Assembly (NCBI GenBank): GCA_951801825.1
Contig: CATOOF010000001.1
Coordinates: 200,936-264,935, forward strand
Source: an uncultured Alphaproteobacteria bacterium
Lineage (GTDB): Bacteria > Pseudomonadota > Alphaproteobacteria > Rs-D84
Direction: 5' to 3'
Length of the DNA stretch: 64,000 bases
Position numbers and translations under genes: made by a program. Shown here piece after piece: positions 1 to 11,798 of the stretch. Under the pieces are notes generated by a model. It was not told the origin of the DNA and did no database searches. It saw only the letters and a program-made list of their open reading frames with translations. Numbering within the stretch: position 1 is the stretch's first letter; each line of letters starts with the position of its first letter.

Positions 1-1
1 T

Positions 2-549
2 TAAGTCATGATTTCTTGGGATTGATGCTTGTTGATTATTTAAAGCACTATAAAACTGCTTCTCTTGCTTGCTATCTTTTTGAATTATTAAAAATAAAAT
101 ATCTGTATTTGTCTTTTTAGCTATGATTATCAAGTCACCAGCTTTCGCTGTACGCATAACATTATTATCTTTATATGTTATTTGTCCTTTGCATCGTCCA
201 TGCCAAGAAGGCGGGCAGATATATCCCCATTTTATTTTTCCCGTATCTGTAACTATTTTATTCCCGACATAAATATAATTAACTTGATAATCAACAGTTT
301 TGGTCCCCAGCGTTTTGTCCAGCCCCTTTGTCCCCATTATTTGTTTATTTTTATTTTGCATTGAATCCGTAGCTGTCATCGTTTTCATTGCAATATTTTT
401 ATGTTTTACAAGATATGAAATGTCAAATCCGGAATCTGAAACACTTGTAATTTCACTGTGAACAGTAATATTTTGTATTTCATGGTTTTTGCATCCGGTA
501 AGAACAAAAATAAACACCAGATTAGCTATTAAAATTAAGACTTTTTTCA
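2..549 (-). CDS. Putative lipoprotein, C-terminally truncated by the window edge. Signal peptide MKKVLILIANLVFIFVLTGC with a lipobox.
   Basis: I translated the minus strand myself from the ATG at 549. The frame stays open to position 2 and runs off the window, which is why the six-frame track omits it. AT-rich region, co-oriented with the methyltransferase. Confidence 0.45.
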
Positions 550-566
550 TAACATGAATTATATGC

Positions 567-1439
567 CTATGCCGCTTTCTTAGTCAAGGCCTGGTTATCA
601 TTTGCAACTGTATCAGTATTACGCTGAATAAGAATACGTGTATATAACGGCCTACCATTTATATACAGCCCCTTTTTATTGTTAGTCAAATCCTTATCCC
701 GTCCTAAAATTTTAAATTGTTTGGGATTATATCTATCAATAAAAGTAATTGGCACCCCCATAACCCCATAATAATCATAAGGTATATTATTTTTACGATT
801 TATATTTATGGCATCAAAATTATCATATTTTGGATAATTAACTTCATTACCCTTATATCTTTTTGACAGAATAAGCGGCCTCTGTTTGTCATGCTCAAGA
901 TTTGTAAACCATGTAGACGGAATTTGTGCTTTGGCAACACCATTTATAATAACGTAATGTTTCCCACTTTGAATTAACTCCATCTGATTTTGAACATCAA
1001 ATATCATTGATATTGGACCGCCTAATGGACGGGTGCCATTCCACAATTTATTATCTTTAATATTCACAAAAACTTCATCATAAGCTATGGCATTAGTTGG
1101 ACCAATAATTAAAAACTTTTTATCATACTTTATCAATTGAGATACATATTCACGAAACAAGGAAAACGGCGGATTACTTACTACTATATCCGCATGTTTT
1201 AATAAATCTATTGATTGTTGGCTGCGAAAATCCAGTCCGCCCAAACCTCCTGTATACCAAATATCTTTTATGATACGCTGTTGCTTTAAATTTTGAAAAT
1301 ATTTAACAAAATTACTGTTGGCTGTATCAGTGTTACAATAAATTATTTTATTAAAAAAATGCTCTAAATAATTAGAGCATTCTTTTTCAATATCACAATA
1401 TTGAGTATAAAACTCATCATTCTTTTTGCGCTTTACCAT
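567..1439 (-). CDS. N6-adenine DNA methyltransferase (orphan; no restriction enzyme visible). NPPF catalytic motif and an N-terminal DEFYTQ motif.
   Basis: The 301-aa ORF contains SNPPF (adenine-MTase motif IV) and EFYT near the N-terminus. The probable start is MVKRKK at 1439. Sits in an AT-rich block. Confidence 0.65.
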   Translation of the reverse strand: MVKRKKNDEFYTQYCDIEKECSNYLEHFFNKIIYCNTDTANSNFVKYFQNLKQQRIIKDIWYTGGLGGLDFRSQQSIDLLKHADIVVSNPPFSLFREYVSQLIKYDKKFLIIGPTNAIAYDEVFVNIKDNKLWNGTRPLGGPISMIFDVQNQMELIQSGKHYVIINGVAKAQIPSTWFTNLEHDKQRPLILSKRYKGNEVNYPKYDNFDAININRKNNIPYDYYGVMGVPITFIDRYNPKQFKILGRDKDLTNNKKGLYINGRPLYTRILIQRNTDTVANDNQALTKKAA

Positions 1440-1460
1440 TGCTATCCCTATTTTAAATAA

Positions 1461-1490
1461 AAAAAGCCCCAAGGGGGCCTTGTCTTAACA
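1461..1490 (-). terminator. Rho-independent terminator downstream of ung
   Basis: On the minus strand the hairpin is ggcccc-cttg-ggggc followed by a T-run. Confidence 0.5.
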
Positions 1491-1544
1491 TATTATATTA
1501 TACCAAAAATTATTAAAAAATTCAAGACCTAATAAAGACTTAAC

Positions 1545-2207
1545 TTACCATTCAATTGGCGCGGCGCCATGGGATACCAAATATTCATTCGCACGCGAAA
1601 AATGATGATTTCCAAAGAATCCTCTATGCGCGGACAAGGGCGATGGATGCACGGATTTTAACACCAGGTTATTTTGCGGGTTTACAAATTCCGCCTTGCG
1701 CTGGGCATAACTGCCCCAGAGCATGTAAACAATATTTTCACGTTCGGCAACCTTGCGAATAACAGCGTCTGTAAACTGCTCCCATCCCTTGCCCACATGC
1801 GATGCGGCCCGATGCGCCTGAACGGTCAATGTTGCGTTTAACATTAAAACGCCCTGCTCTGCCCAGTGCGTTAAATCCCCCCTTGTAACGGACGGATGCC
1901 CTAAATCGTTTTCAATCTCTTTATAAATATTTACCAGCGACGGCGGCACGGGCGTCGGCGGCAGAACAGAAAAGCACAGCCCGTGCGCCTGGCCCGGTTC
2001 ATGATATGGGTCCTGGCCAATCATTACAACCTTTACCTTGTCCAGCGGACACAGATTAAACGCGTTAAATATATTTGCGGGCGCGGGAAAAATCTTTTTC
2101 CCAGACAGATATTCACCACGAACAAAATCGGTAAGACGAACGAAGTAATCCTTTTCAAACTCCGAACTAAGCGCCTCTTTCCATGTCTGTTCTATTTTTA
2201 CATTCAT
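1545..2207 (-). CDS. ung: Uracil-DNA glycosylase
   Basis: GQDPYH and HPSPLSA motifs. The start at MNVKIEQ (2207) forms an ATGA overlap with the upstream gene. Confidence 0.85.
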   Translation of the reverse strand: MNVKIEQTWKEALSSEFEKDYFVRLTDFVRGEYLSGKKIFPAPANIFNAFNLCPLDKVKVVMIGQDPYHEPGQAHGLCFSVLPPTPVPPSLVNIYKEIENDLGHPSVTRGDLTHWAEQGVLMLNATLTVQAHRAASHVGKGWEQFTDAVIRKVAERENIVYMLWGSYAQRKAEFVNPQNNLVLKSVHPSPLSAHRGFFGNHHFSRANEYLVSHGAAPIEW

Positions 2208-2857
2208 GATAAATCCTTTATCAGCCCCGTCTGACAGCTTTTCCACAACACCACATCGATATATCCGCGCGGACATTTGGTCGCCGCACACAGCGCGCCA
2301 AACATATCATCACACGCGCGCCGCACATCCGGGTCGAGCTTACCATTGTCTATCTTTTCACGCAATCCCCTGTCCCCGGCATAAATTACGCCCAAACGCT
2401 GAATCCAGATGTCGTATTTCACTACATCCTCGCCCAGGTTGCGCGCCAGATGATTTGCCGTAATTTTCCCAATATGCGGCAATTTTGACAGATATGAAAT
2501 ACGCGCATCCGTGTCGGGCAACAGATAATAATCCCGACAGAAATCATCACGCCCGTTCCATATTTTGCATATCGCGTTTATCTTGTTCTTGTTATTAAAT
2601 AACTGCAACAGCGAATCAAAATCGGCCCCATTCTCAGAAATGGCGGCCATTATTTTTGCATGTATTTTCTTGGCTGTTTTTTGGGAAAATCCCCCCGCCA
2701 AAATCACATAGGCACAGTGCGTTGCAAATTCATCCGGGCTGCAGATATGGCGCTGTGACAGGTTTGCCTTTATTTCATCAAAGCTCTGCGCATCGGAATC
2801 CATTCCCATATCACGCAGCTGTTTATCAAGTAAAAAGAACCAATCCGCCGTAAACAT
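2204..2857 (-). CDS. HhH-GPD DNA glycosylase, Ogg2-like (8-oxoguanine DNA glycosylase / N-glycosylase-DNA lyase)
   Basis: The helix-hairpin-helix motif LPHIGKITANHLARNLGEDVVKYDIWIQRLG resembles the Ogg2 family pattern GIG.K.AS.FLRN.G..D.AI.D.HI.R. At 217 aa it is close to archaeal-type Ogg size. Confidence 0.55.
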   Translation of the reverse strand: MFTADWFFLLDKQLRDMGMDSDAQSFDEIKANLSQRHICSPDEFATHCAYVILAGGFSQKTAKKIHAKIMAAISENGADFDSLLQLFNNKNKINAICKIWNGRDDFCRDYYLLPDTDARISYLSKLPHIGKITANHLARNLGEDVVKYDIWIQRLGVIYAGDRGLREKIDNGKLDPDVRRACDDMFGALCAATKCPRGYIDVVLWKSCQTGLIKDLS

Positions 2858-2859
2858 TT

Positions 2860-3189
2860 TTAACCGTTTTGCTTTGCTTGTGCCAATATATCTGCAATAT
2901 TCGGGCCAGATTGTTCTTTCCTTTCCATTGCCATTTTTTTCAGCAGCAGCGCCTTGCCCGCTTTCAGGGCATTAACGTTTTTCCCCAGAATTTTATCAAG
3001 TTCCGCAATGCGTTCTTTCTTTATCGCAATCTCTTGCGGGGAAAAACGTTCGGGGTGCGACACCTCGTAAACCAAGTGGCCGCGTTCAGAGTACAAATCC
3101 TCATTCTCAATATTTGTTTTAGCCGATTCCCCGTTCAAATATGTCACGCTTGCATCTGCGTTTACAACAAAGTCTTTCCCCTCTTCCAT
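2860..3189 (-). CDS. Hypothetical protein (109 aa)
   Basis: ORF packed between the glycosylase gene and gyrB. No recognisable motif. Confidence 0.35.
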   Translation of the reverse strand: MEEGKDFVVNADASVTYLNGESAKTNIENEDLYSERGHLVYEVSHPERFSPQEIAIKKERIAELDKILGKNVNALKAGKALLLKKMAMERKEQSGPNIADILAQAKQNG

Positions 3190-3201
3190 GACAATCTCCC
3201 C

Positions 3202-5601
<2,400 letters not shown>

Positions 5602-5678
5602 TTAAATTCCTTTCTTTTTTCTAGGCAAACAATAGCAATTTCTGCTATAATTAGCAAGAAAAAAGGGGATTATTTGCC

Positions 5679-6248
5679 ATGAAGTTCAAGCTGCTGTATT
5701 TTGGAGAAATCTTAATAAACCCAAAGAAACGGGCCCAGCACATATCCGATATCCGGATGCAGTTCCACCCACAGTTAAAAAAACTGGTCGAGCATCAGCC
5801 CTGGACCAACATGACAAAGTTCATGCAGCCCGGCGCCACAAAAAGCCCGATAACAACGCGCCATATCGGCGGCATCGACTGGAATCCGATTATCACACCG
5901 AACTTAAAGCTGATTGCGGAACTAGATATCCAAATGCTGCACCCGGAAATTGTTGGTCTGGCGCGCTCTGACATAGACAACCGCATAAAAACATTGCTAG
6001 ACGGCCTGCGTGCGCCGCAAAATGAACATGAAATCGGGGCAAACACGCCGCGCGACATCGGCCCGATTTATACGCTATTGGATGACGACCATCTGGTAAC
6101 AAAACTATCCATTAACACCAGCCATTTGCTGTCAACCAACATGTTCGACCCGAATACGATACGCACGCCAGACACGCTGTTTATGATGATTGACGTAAAC
6201 GTCCGCGTTGTCGAAGGAAACCTGGAAAACCTGCCGTTTATGGTATAA
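5679..6248 (+). CDS. Hypothetical protein (189 aa)
   Basis: ORF with a plausible start. No motif recognised. Confidence 0.35.
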   Translation: MKFKLLYFGEILINPKKRAQHISDIRMQFHPQLKKLVEHQPWTNMTKFMQPGATKSPITTRHIGGIDWNPIITPNLKLIAELDIQMLHPEIVGLARSDIDNRIKTLLDGLRAPQNEHEIGANTPRDIGPIYTLLDDDHLVTKLSINTSHLLSTNMFDPNTIRTPDTLFMMIDVNVRVVEGNLENLPFMV

Positions 6249-6400
6249 ATAACATCTGGCGCCCTGCGGGGCGCTTTTTCTTTCTGCTTCATTTATAACA
6301 AGGAAGTGCCCCGGTCTATTTAATTGAGAAGGCGCAGACCGGGGTATAAAAATTTCACAACGTAACCCGCCGCATGAAAAAAATACCGCCAAAACATATA

Positions 6401-6472
6401 GGGCGGTTGGAAGGTGGAAATCATGCAAAAATTCATGCCCGGTTATTCAATATATTCGCCGGCCTCCAACCC
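6401..6472. repeat. Hairpin-forming intergenic repeat, copy A (GGGCGGTTGGARG ... TTATTCAA-ATAT ... GGCCTCCAACC)
   Basis: The two ends are inverted (ggttggagg / cctccaacc). A second copy with the same ends and the internal TTATTCAA(T/A)ATAT(T)CGC block lies at 63715-63782. Confidence 0.55.
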
Positions 6473-6608
6473 CGTAGGGCGGAGCATGTAACGCCTGCGC
6501 AAGCGATTTTTGTCGCGAGATTTCCACACTCGCATAATAGGACCCCCTATTACGAGTATTATTATATCTTATTTTGATTAATATTCCAAGAATATATTCC
6601 TATGAGGC

Positions 6609-7682
6609 TTATGACAGTGCGGCCGTTATCTGGTCCTGCATCTGGAATGTTCCCAGAACAACCCATGCAATTATCAGCGATACCAGCATGATTCCTATGC
6701 TGTTAAGGGTGCTGGAAATCGCCTCCATCCGGCGTACGGAATCGTCCAGATAGTCATTTGCCACGCGCGACAGATTCTGGTCAAAACCGTTCATATCTGC
6801 ATATATTGCCAAATCGCCTATGATTTCATCATTCGGGAAATCCAGCCCCGTATTAGCCAGCGCCACCCCCAAATTATCACCATTTGCGATATGTCGCAAC
6901 GCGGCGCTTAAAACCCCGCGCAGATATCTGTTTCCATTATCGGCCAACATACGCATCGCATCGGGTACGGTCATTCCGGCGGCCACCATCGCCGACAGCG
7001 ACATCAACCACGACACGGAAACACGTATTTTATAAACACTCCACGGCGGCATGCGGTCCATAAACGCACGCGCACGCCCTGTCCAGTTTGGCAGACTGAC
7101 CCAAATAACCCCCGTCAAAATAACCGCCACCAGAACGACCATAAACCAATATTTATGCGCCGCCGCACTCAGCCATATCAGCGACGCGGCCGCACCGCGC
7201 CATACAACGTCCGTACCGGCCGCATCGGCCAGTGGCGGAACCAGATACAGCCCCACCATAATTATTATCCCAAACGTCAGCGCCAACAAAAACATCGGAT
7301 ATGCCATTGCGGATGCCATTGCACGGTTTATACGGCGCGTACCTTCAACCACGCGGCCTATATTTTCCAGCGCCACCGCCAGATTTGAAATATTTCCCGA
7401 CGTCAGCAACAGTGTTTCTTCCGGCGGAACCCAGCCGCGTGTGGCCTCTGAAAAACTCATACCGCGTTCCAGATTTTTTTGCCATTGACGCATTACAATT
7501 GCAAACGGTTCGCCCGGTTTTCGCCCACCGCGCGATTCAATCATCTCTATCCGCCCCAGCGCATTCATCAACGTAAACTCGTTACGCAACAGCGACGCTA
7601 ATTTACGACATGTCGCCATACGCTTTGACGTGTTCAGACGAAATACAATTTTTGCATACAGTTTTTCCAGCCGTTCCATCAA
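6609..7682 (-). CDS. Type IV pilus / T2SS platform protein, GspF/PilC/TadB superfamily (BfpE/TcpE/PilR-like)
   Basis: 357 aa. Two cytoplasmic GspF-like domains separated by three predicted TM helices. A 4-nt ATGA overlap joins it to the upstream ATPase gene. Confidence 0.75.
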   Translation of the reverse strand: MMERLEKLYAKIVFRLNTSKRMATCRKLASLLRNEFTLMNALGRIEMIESRGGRKPGEPFAIVMRQWQKNLERGMSFSEATRGWVPPEETLLLTSGNISNLAVALENIGRVVEGTRRINRAMASAMAYPMFLLALTFGIIIMVGLYLVPPLADAAGTDVVWRGAAASLIWLSAAAHKYWFMVVLVAVILTGVIWVSLPNWTGRARAFMDRMPPWSVYKIRVSVSWLMSLSAMVAAGMTVPDAMRMLADNGNRYLRGVLSAALRHIANGDNLGVALANTGLDFPNDEIIGDLAIYADMNGFDQNLSRVANDYLDDSVRRMEAISSTLNSIGIMLVSLIIAWVVLGTFQMQDQITAALS

Positions 7683-9307
7683 TATACCCCCGGCCGGTCC
7701 AGCAGCCCAACCCAGCGTTCCAGTTCATCAACACCGATTATACCCTGCAGCATTAATGACACGGCGGCCTCTTTCAGTGTACGCCCGTCCATATTTTCCA
7801 GCCAATATCGTACGGCACCGTCTGTATCGCCCGACAGTGCCAGGCGCAAAAATTCGCTGTTTGTGATTATGATTTCCCCGGCCTTGATACGCCCCAGCGT
7901 TCCGGTCCGGCCGCATTTTTCACATCCCGCCCCGCGGACAAACACCTGGCGCAGGCCCAATTCCCCGAACGCATCCATAACGCGTCGATATGCGGGATGT
8001 TCTGGATGATCGGCCAGCGGCTCGCGACAATCCGGACACAGTTTTTTAAACAACCGCATCGATATCAGACCGCGCATCATTGTTTCTTCTTTCAGCTTGA
8101 ACCCTTCGACCCCCATATCCAGCAATCGCGTCAGCGCCGCCATTGCAGAGTTCGCATGCAGCGTCGTCCAAACATTGTGACCCGACAACGCGCCCTTTAC
8201 CGTTAACTGTGCCGCCGCCAGTGTTCGTATTTCCCCAACCATCAGCGTATCAGGGTCACTGCGCAACGCCGCCGCCAATGCCTCTGTAAACTTTTCCTCG
8301 CGCTGTTCTTCGTTCATGGCGTTGACCACAGGCATCTGATGTGCGCCAAAAATCTTTTGTTCGGCCGGGTCTTCAACCGTAATCAGGTTGATTTCATATC
8401 GCCGCTCTTTCAGCATCAGCGACATATTCCGCACCAGCGTTGTTGACTTACCCGAACTGGTTGGACCGGCAACAACCACCAATCCCGTCGGGAACGAACG
8501 CAACTGCATCAACAGTTTTTGCTCATACTCGCCAAATTCCTGGCCGGATTTTATCCCCTCTGACGGATTGTCGTACAGCAGACGCATAACGACATACCGA
8601 CTGCCGAATGCAATGGGATTAAACTGCATACGTATCGCCAGCACGCCCGCCGGCAGATATAAATCCTTGGTCCCACGCAGGGGCGTGCGCCCGTCTTTCT
8701 GGGCGGACTGATATTCGTTCTGGGCATAGTTGGCATTGGATATGTCGGCCGATGCAAACGCCGCGCGAACAAATGATTCGCCCCATCCGGAATTATATTC
8801 CAGTACCGGCTGCATACTGCCGTCTATGCGGAAATAAATAGTGGTCTGGTCTGCAACCTCTATATGAATGTCGGAAACTTTTTGTGCGGCGGCACGTGCA
8901 ACGATATCGACAAAATCCTTTTGCATCTGGTTGTCGTAATCGGCGCGTCCGCGGCCGTCGCCGGCGCGGCCCTCATACGTCTTGTATATTGTCGACAACA
9001 GTCCTAAATCGGAATAAAAAGGCGTGTCAGCCTTTCGCCCGCGTCGTGCCAGCAAATCAATAAACGCCAAAACGCGCCCGTCGTATCTGTGCGTGCGCGA
9101 TATAATCAGCTCTCCGCCTGAAAAATAGGCAATTAAACTGCGCGTGTCCTTGGACAGCTCAAATTCGCCCCCGGCGGCCGTCAGCAAACGATTACCATTT
9201 GCAAAAAGATAGTCGACGATGTCTTTATTAGTCGCATTCTCCAGCCCCGCCGGCACAGACGGCGTGGTTGAAAAAGGATTTATTATGTTTTTATCTGTCG
9301 TCGCCAT
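7679..9307 (-). CDS. GspE/PilB-family secretion/pilus assembly ATPase (BfpD/TcpT/PilQ-like)
   Basis: Walker A GPTSSGKSTTL, Asp and His boxes (VGEIRTLAAAQ, TTLHANSA) and a C-terminal tetracysteine CPDC...CEKC motif typical of GspE/PilB. 542 aa. Confidence 0.85.
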   Translation of the reverse strand: MATTDKNIINPFSTTPSVPAGLENATNKDIVDYLFANGNRLLTAAGGEFELSKDTRSLIAYFSGGELIISRTHRYDGRVLAFIDLLARRGRKADTPFYSDLGLLSTIYKTYEGRAGDGRGRADYDNQMQKDFVDIVARAAAQKVSDIHIEVADQTTIYFRIDGSMQPVLEYNSGWGESFVRAAFASADISNANYAQNEYQSAQKDGRTPLRGTKDLYLPAGVLAIRMQFNPIAFGSRYVVMRLLYDNPSEGIKSGQEFGEYEQKLLMQLRSFPTGLVVVAGPTSSGKSTTLVRNMSLMLKERRYEINLITVEDPAEQKIFGAHQMPVVNAMNEEQREEKFTEALAAALRSDPDTLMVGEIRTLAAAQLTVKGALSGHNVWTTLHANSAMAALTRLLDMGVEGFKLKEETMMRGLISMRLFKKLCPDCREPLADHPEHPAYRRVMDAFGELGLRQVFVRGAGCEKCGRTGTLGRIKAGEIIITNSEFLRLALSGDTDGAVRYWLENMDGRTLKEAAVSLMLQGIIGVDELERWVGLLDRPGVY

Positions 9308-9327
9308 TTCTACCGCCCGGTTTATGC

Positions 9328-9987
9328 TCAGCGATTGCCGCCAATGTTTAATGTCTGGCTTTTGCCGTCTTTGACAAACACAACGCCATCATCCAATGAA
9401 ATAGATTTCACAGAAAACCCGTCCAGGTCCGCCCCGACACGAATACGTTTTGTCTGGCCGGTGTTAAGCGATTCCACCGTCGCCTGCAGCTGGGAACCGG
9501 CGCCTATTACGTTTATCAGACGAAAATTGTCCGCTATGGCGTCATCGCCATCATCCTCGGATGCGCGCGCCGCAGAAGATGTTGCGGCCCGTGGGGCGGC
9601 GGCCTCCTCCTCTAATGATTTCTTTTCGCGTGCCAATCTTGCGGCCTCTGCCTCCAGCTTGGCTTTTTCTGTTTCCAGCTCCTGTTGCTGGGCCTCGGCC
9701 CGGCCCGACAGGGTATCTATTTCCATATGCAGTTTTATCTTTTCCGCCGCCAACCGGTCCAGTTCCAAATCCAGCTGGGCGCGTTCTTTTTCCAACTGCA
9801 TCAAAACCTTTTCCTGTTCCAAATCCGTAATCTGCTGAAACAGGCTGCCCTCAACCTTGTAATCGGCAACCGCCTGGGCGCCGCGTAAATCCATTTCATC
9901 GTCGGCCGCGACATCCTCTGCACGCACGCCCCCGCATACCAATACGGCAAACATCGCCGCCACATACCAGATTTTCTTATTTTGCAT
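9328..9987 (-). CDS. Secreted periplasmic coiled-coil protein, probable pilus assembly component (BfpU/TcpS/PilP position)
   Basis: Signal peptide MQNKKIWYVAAMFAVLVCGGVRA. A long Glu/Leu/Ala-rich coiled coil. C-terminal beta-rich domain. Position in the operon matches the periplasmic component. Confidence 0.5.
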   Translation of the reverse strand: MQNKKIWYVAAMFAVLVCGGVRAEDVAADDEMDLRGAQAVADYKVEGSLFQQITDLEQEKVLMQLEKERAQLDLELDRLAAEKIKLHMEIDTLSGRAEAQQQELETEKAKLEAEAARLAREKKSLEEEAAAPRAATSSAARASEDDGDDAIADNFRLINVIGAGSQLQATVESLNTGQTKRIRVGADLDGFSVKSISLDDGVVFVKDGKSQTLNIGGNR

Positions 9988-11314
9988 ATATTATCACCTC
10001 ATAGTTCCAGATGCGTCGCGTTGCATCCCATGCACATCGCGTCATATACACGCCGCCAAAATCAGCGAATATCTCCATAAACTGCATCGGCGTCAGCTTG
10101 GATGACGCGGCAATTTCTACAATATCGACAGAAACAGTTTCAACGCCGTTTGTTATCGCATCCGCAACAACACCTATTTCGGCATCGTCGTCAATAGACT
10201 GAAACAGACTGTACACATCGCGTACAATTGTGGCGGCATCACGTTCGTCGCGCGACGCGACAGTGTCTAATTCCGGCAACCGCACGCGGACATTCAACGA
10301 ATTCTCGGCCTGTTCGCGCACAAACGCCCCGGGCATCAAATCACCTGCAATATCATAAAAATCGGTAAGTGTTCCAAACCCGCGTCGAAAATCCGCACTG
10401 GCGTATTGTTCGCCGCATTCTGTCGATGTCTGATTCCATCCGGCCACCGGCTGCATTAAAAACCCAATCGCACGATAGCATGTTTCCGCACGTGCCATTG
10501 GATCTGGCAGATAATCATACGGCATGCGCAATGGTTCTATGGGCGCGGCCTTTTCTATTTCAAATGCCGCATCCAGCTCTTTATTTTTTTCTTCTATTCT
10601 GCGCTTGTACTCGGCGGCCAGTTCCGGATTTATCGACGAAACCTGGGGCCGCGGAGTCATCATCTGAGCAATCGGCCCGCGAAACATATAAACCAGCCCC
10701 AACACAAACAGCGCGATTATCGCCGCCGAGGCCAGCCCCATTTTTATCCGGCTGATATGACGCAGTACCGCCGGCGCACGGCCGGTTATCACATCAGACA
10801 GTGCCCGCTCTACCGCGCGCGGCATAGACCATGCGCTGGGGGCGAACAACGCAGACCAGTCTGGTATCTGGGCCAGACGCAGATATTCGGCACGCGCCGC
10901 CGCCTCTGAATCGAATAAAACATCGTTTAATATTATTCCGTTTCGCACCGCGACCAGGTAATACATGCGACCTGTCTGAAACACCCCCAAAAATGACGAG
11001 TACTCGGTCATGGTGTCCATGATTTCAGCCGCGGCGCTGTGCATTCCGCGGCGATGGCCCATCTGGCGCGACCCCAACCCGACCATGGCCCGATAATCCA
11101 CATACAAACTTAACTTTCCATCAATGGAACGCGCCAAACTGCGCGCATAATTGCGTGCAATAAAACCACTGGCGATTGGCTGCCAAAACAACCCTGTGGC
11201 GTATTTTTTCCTATCAACAGTTATTACTTGATTTATCAAACTCTCTCCCGGATATCCTTGAATGCAATTATAACATAAAATTACGGCGCATGGCAAACAC
11301 AGAATAAAAAACAC
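9977..11314 (-). CDS. Bitopic inner-membrane protein with a cytoplasmic N-domain, probable assembly ATPase partner (BfpC/TcpR/PilO-like)
   Basis: 445 aa with a single central TM helix (MGLASAAIIALFVLGLVYMF). An 11-nt overlap joins it to the downstream gene. The synteny bitopic-periplasmic-ATPase-platform matches type IVb pilus operons. Confidence 0.5.
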   Translation of the reverse strand: MFFILCLPCAVILCYNCIQGYPGESLINQVITVDRKKYATGLFWQPIASGFIARNYARSLARSIDGKLSLYVDYRAMVGLGSRQMGHRRGMHSAAAEIMDTMTEYSSFLGVFQTGRMYYLVAVRNGIILNDVLFDSEAAARAEYLRLAQIPDWSALFAPSAWSMPRAVERALSDVITGRAPAVLRHISRIKMGLASAAIIALFVLGLVYMFRGPIAQMMTPRPQVSSINPELAAEYKRRIEEKNKELDAAFEIEKAAPIEPLRMPYDYLPDPMARAETCYRAIGFLMQPVAGWNQTSTECGEQYASADFRRGFGTLTDFYDIAGDLMPGAFVREQAENSLNVRVRLPELDTVASRDERDAATIVRDVYSLFQSIDDDAEIGVVADAITNGVETVSVDIVEIAASSKLTPMQFMEIFADFGGVYMTRCAWDATRRIWNYEVIIYAK

Positions 11315-11353
11315 CCGCCGTTTTTTCAGGCGGGCGATTTTTTTGTCGGCCGA

Positions 11354-11785
11354 TTACCGGCATTCGCCGTATGCGCCGGTTGCCCCGCATGTTGTGGTAA
11401 CAACATCCACCGGATATGCAATCGTTGCGGCGCCGCCGTTTTTGGCGGTGCGAACACTGCGCGGATGCGGACAGTCATAAACATTTGCCACCAGAACAAA
11501 CGACCGTTCCGGCCCGAAAATTACCCACTCGTTCGGGCGTGTGCGCGAACTGGTTATCCAATATGCATTACCGGGGCGCGCCTGGTCTGCGATACGGTTT
11601 TCCAGATAACGCCGTGCATCATCGGCATCATAAACAGACACCTCTGATTCTAATTTGTACAAGAACGTGCAACCTATCGGTTCCGCATCCAGCTGGGTTA
11701 AAAATTCACTGCCGTTTTCATTTTTTATCATACCCCCGCATGCACACAGCGCCGCCAATGCAAACACAGACAAAAACTTTTTCAT
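11354..11785 (-). CDS. Small lipoprotein (143 aa from MKKF), first gene of the pilus-like cluster
   Basis: Signal peptide plus lipobox (MKKFLSVFALAALCAC). Starts 13 nt downstream of the lpxC stop. Possible pilotin-like role, which is inference only. Confidence 0.45.
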   Translation of the reverse strand: MKKFLSVFALAALCACGGMIKNENGSEFLTQLDAEPIGCTFLYKLESEVSVYDADDARRYLENRIADQARPGNAYWITSSRTRPNEWVIFGPERSFVLVANVYDCPHPRSVRTAKNGGAATIAYPVDVVTTTCGATGAYGECR

Positions 11786-11798
11786 TTCATATTCCTTT

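Noticed and set aside
6609-11785. T2SS or Tad pilus as alternative identities for the five-gene cluster
   Set aside because: No GspC/D/G-K or GspL/M pattern. No TadZ, CpaB, RcpA or Flp. The ATPase has the GspE/PilB zinc-binding tail and the gene order matches type IVb pili. This cannot be fully excluded without HMM searches.
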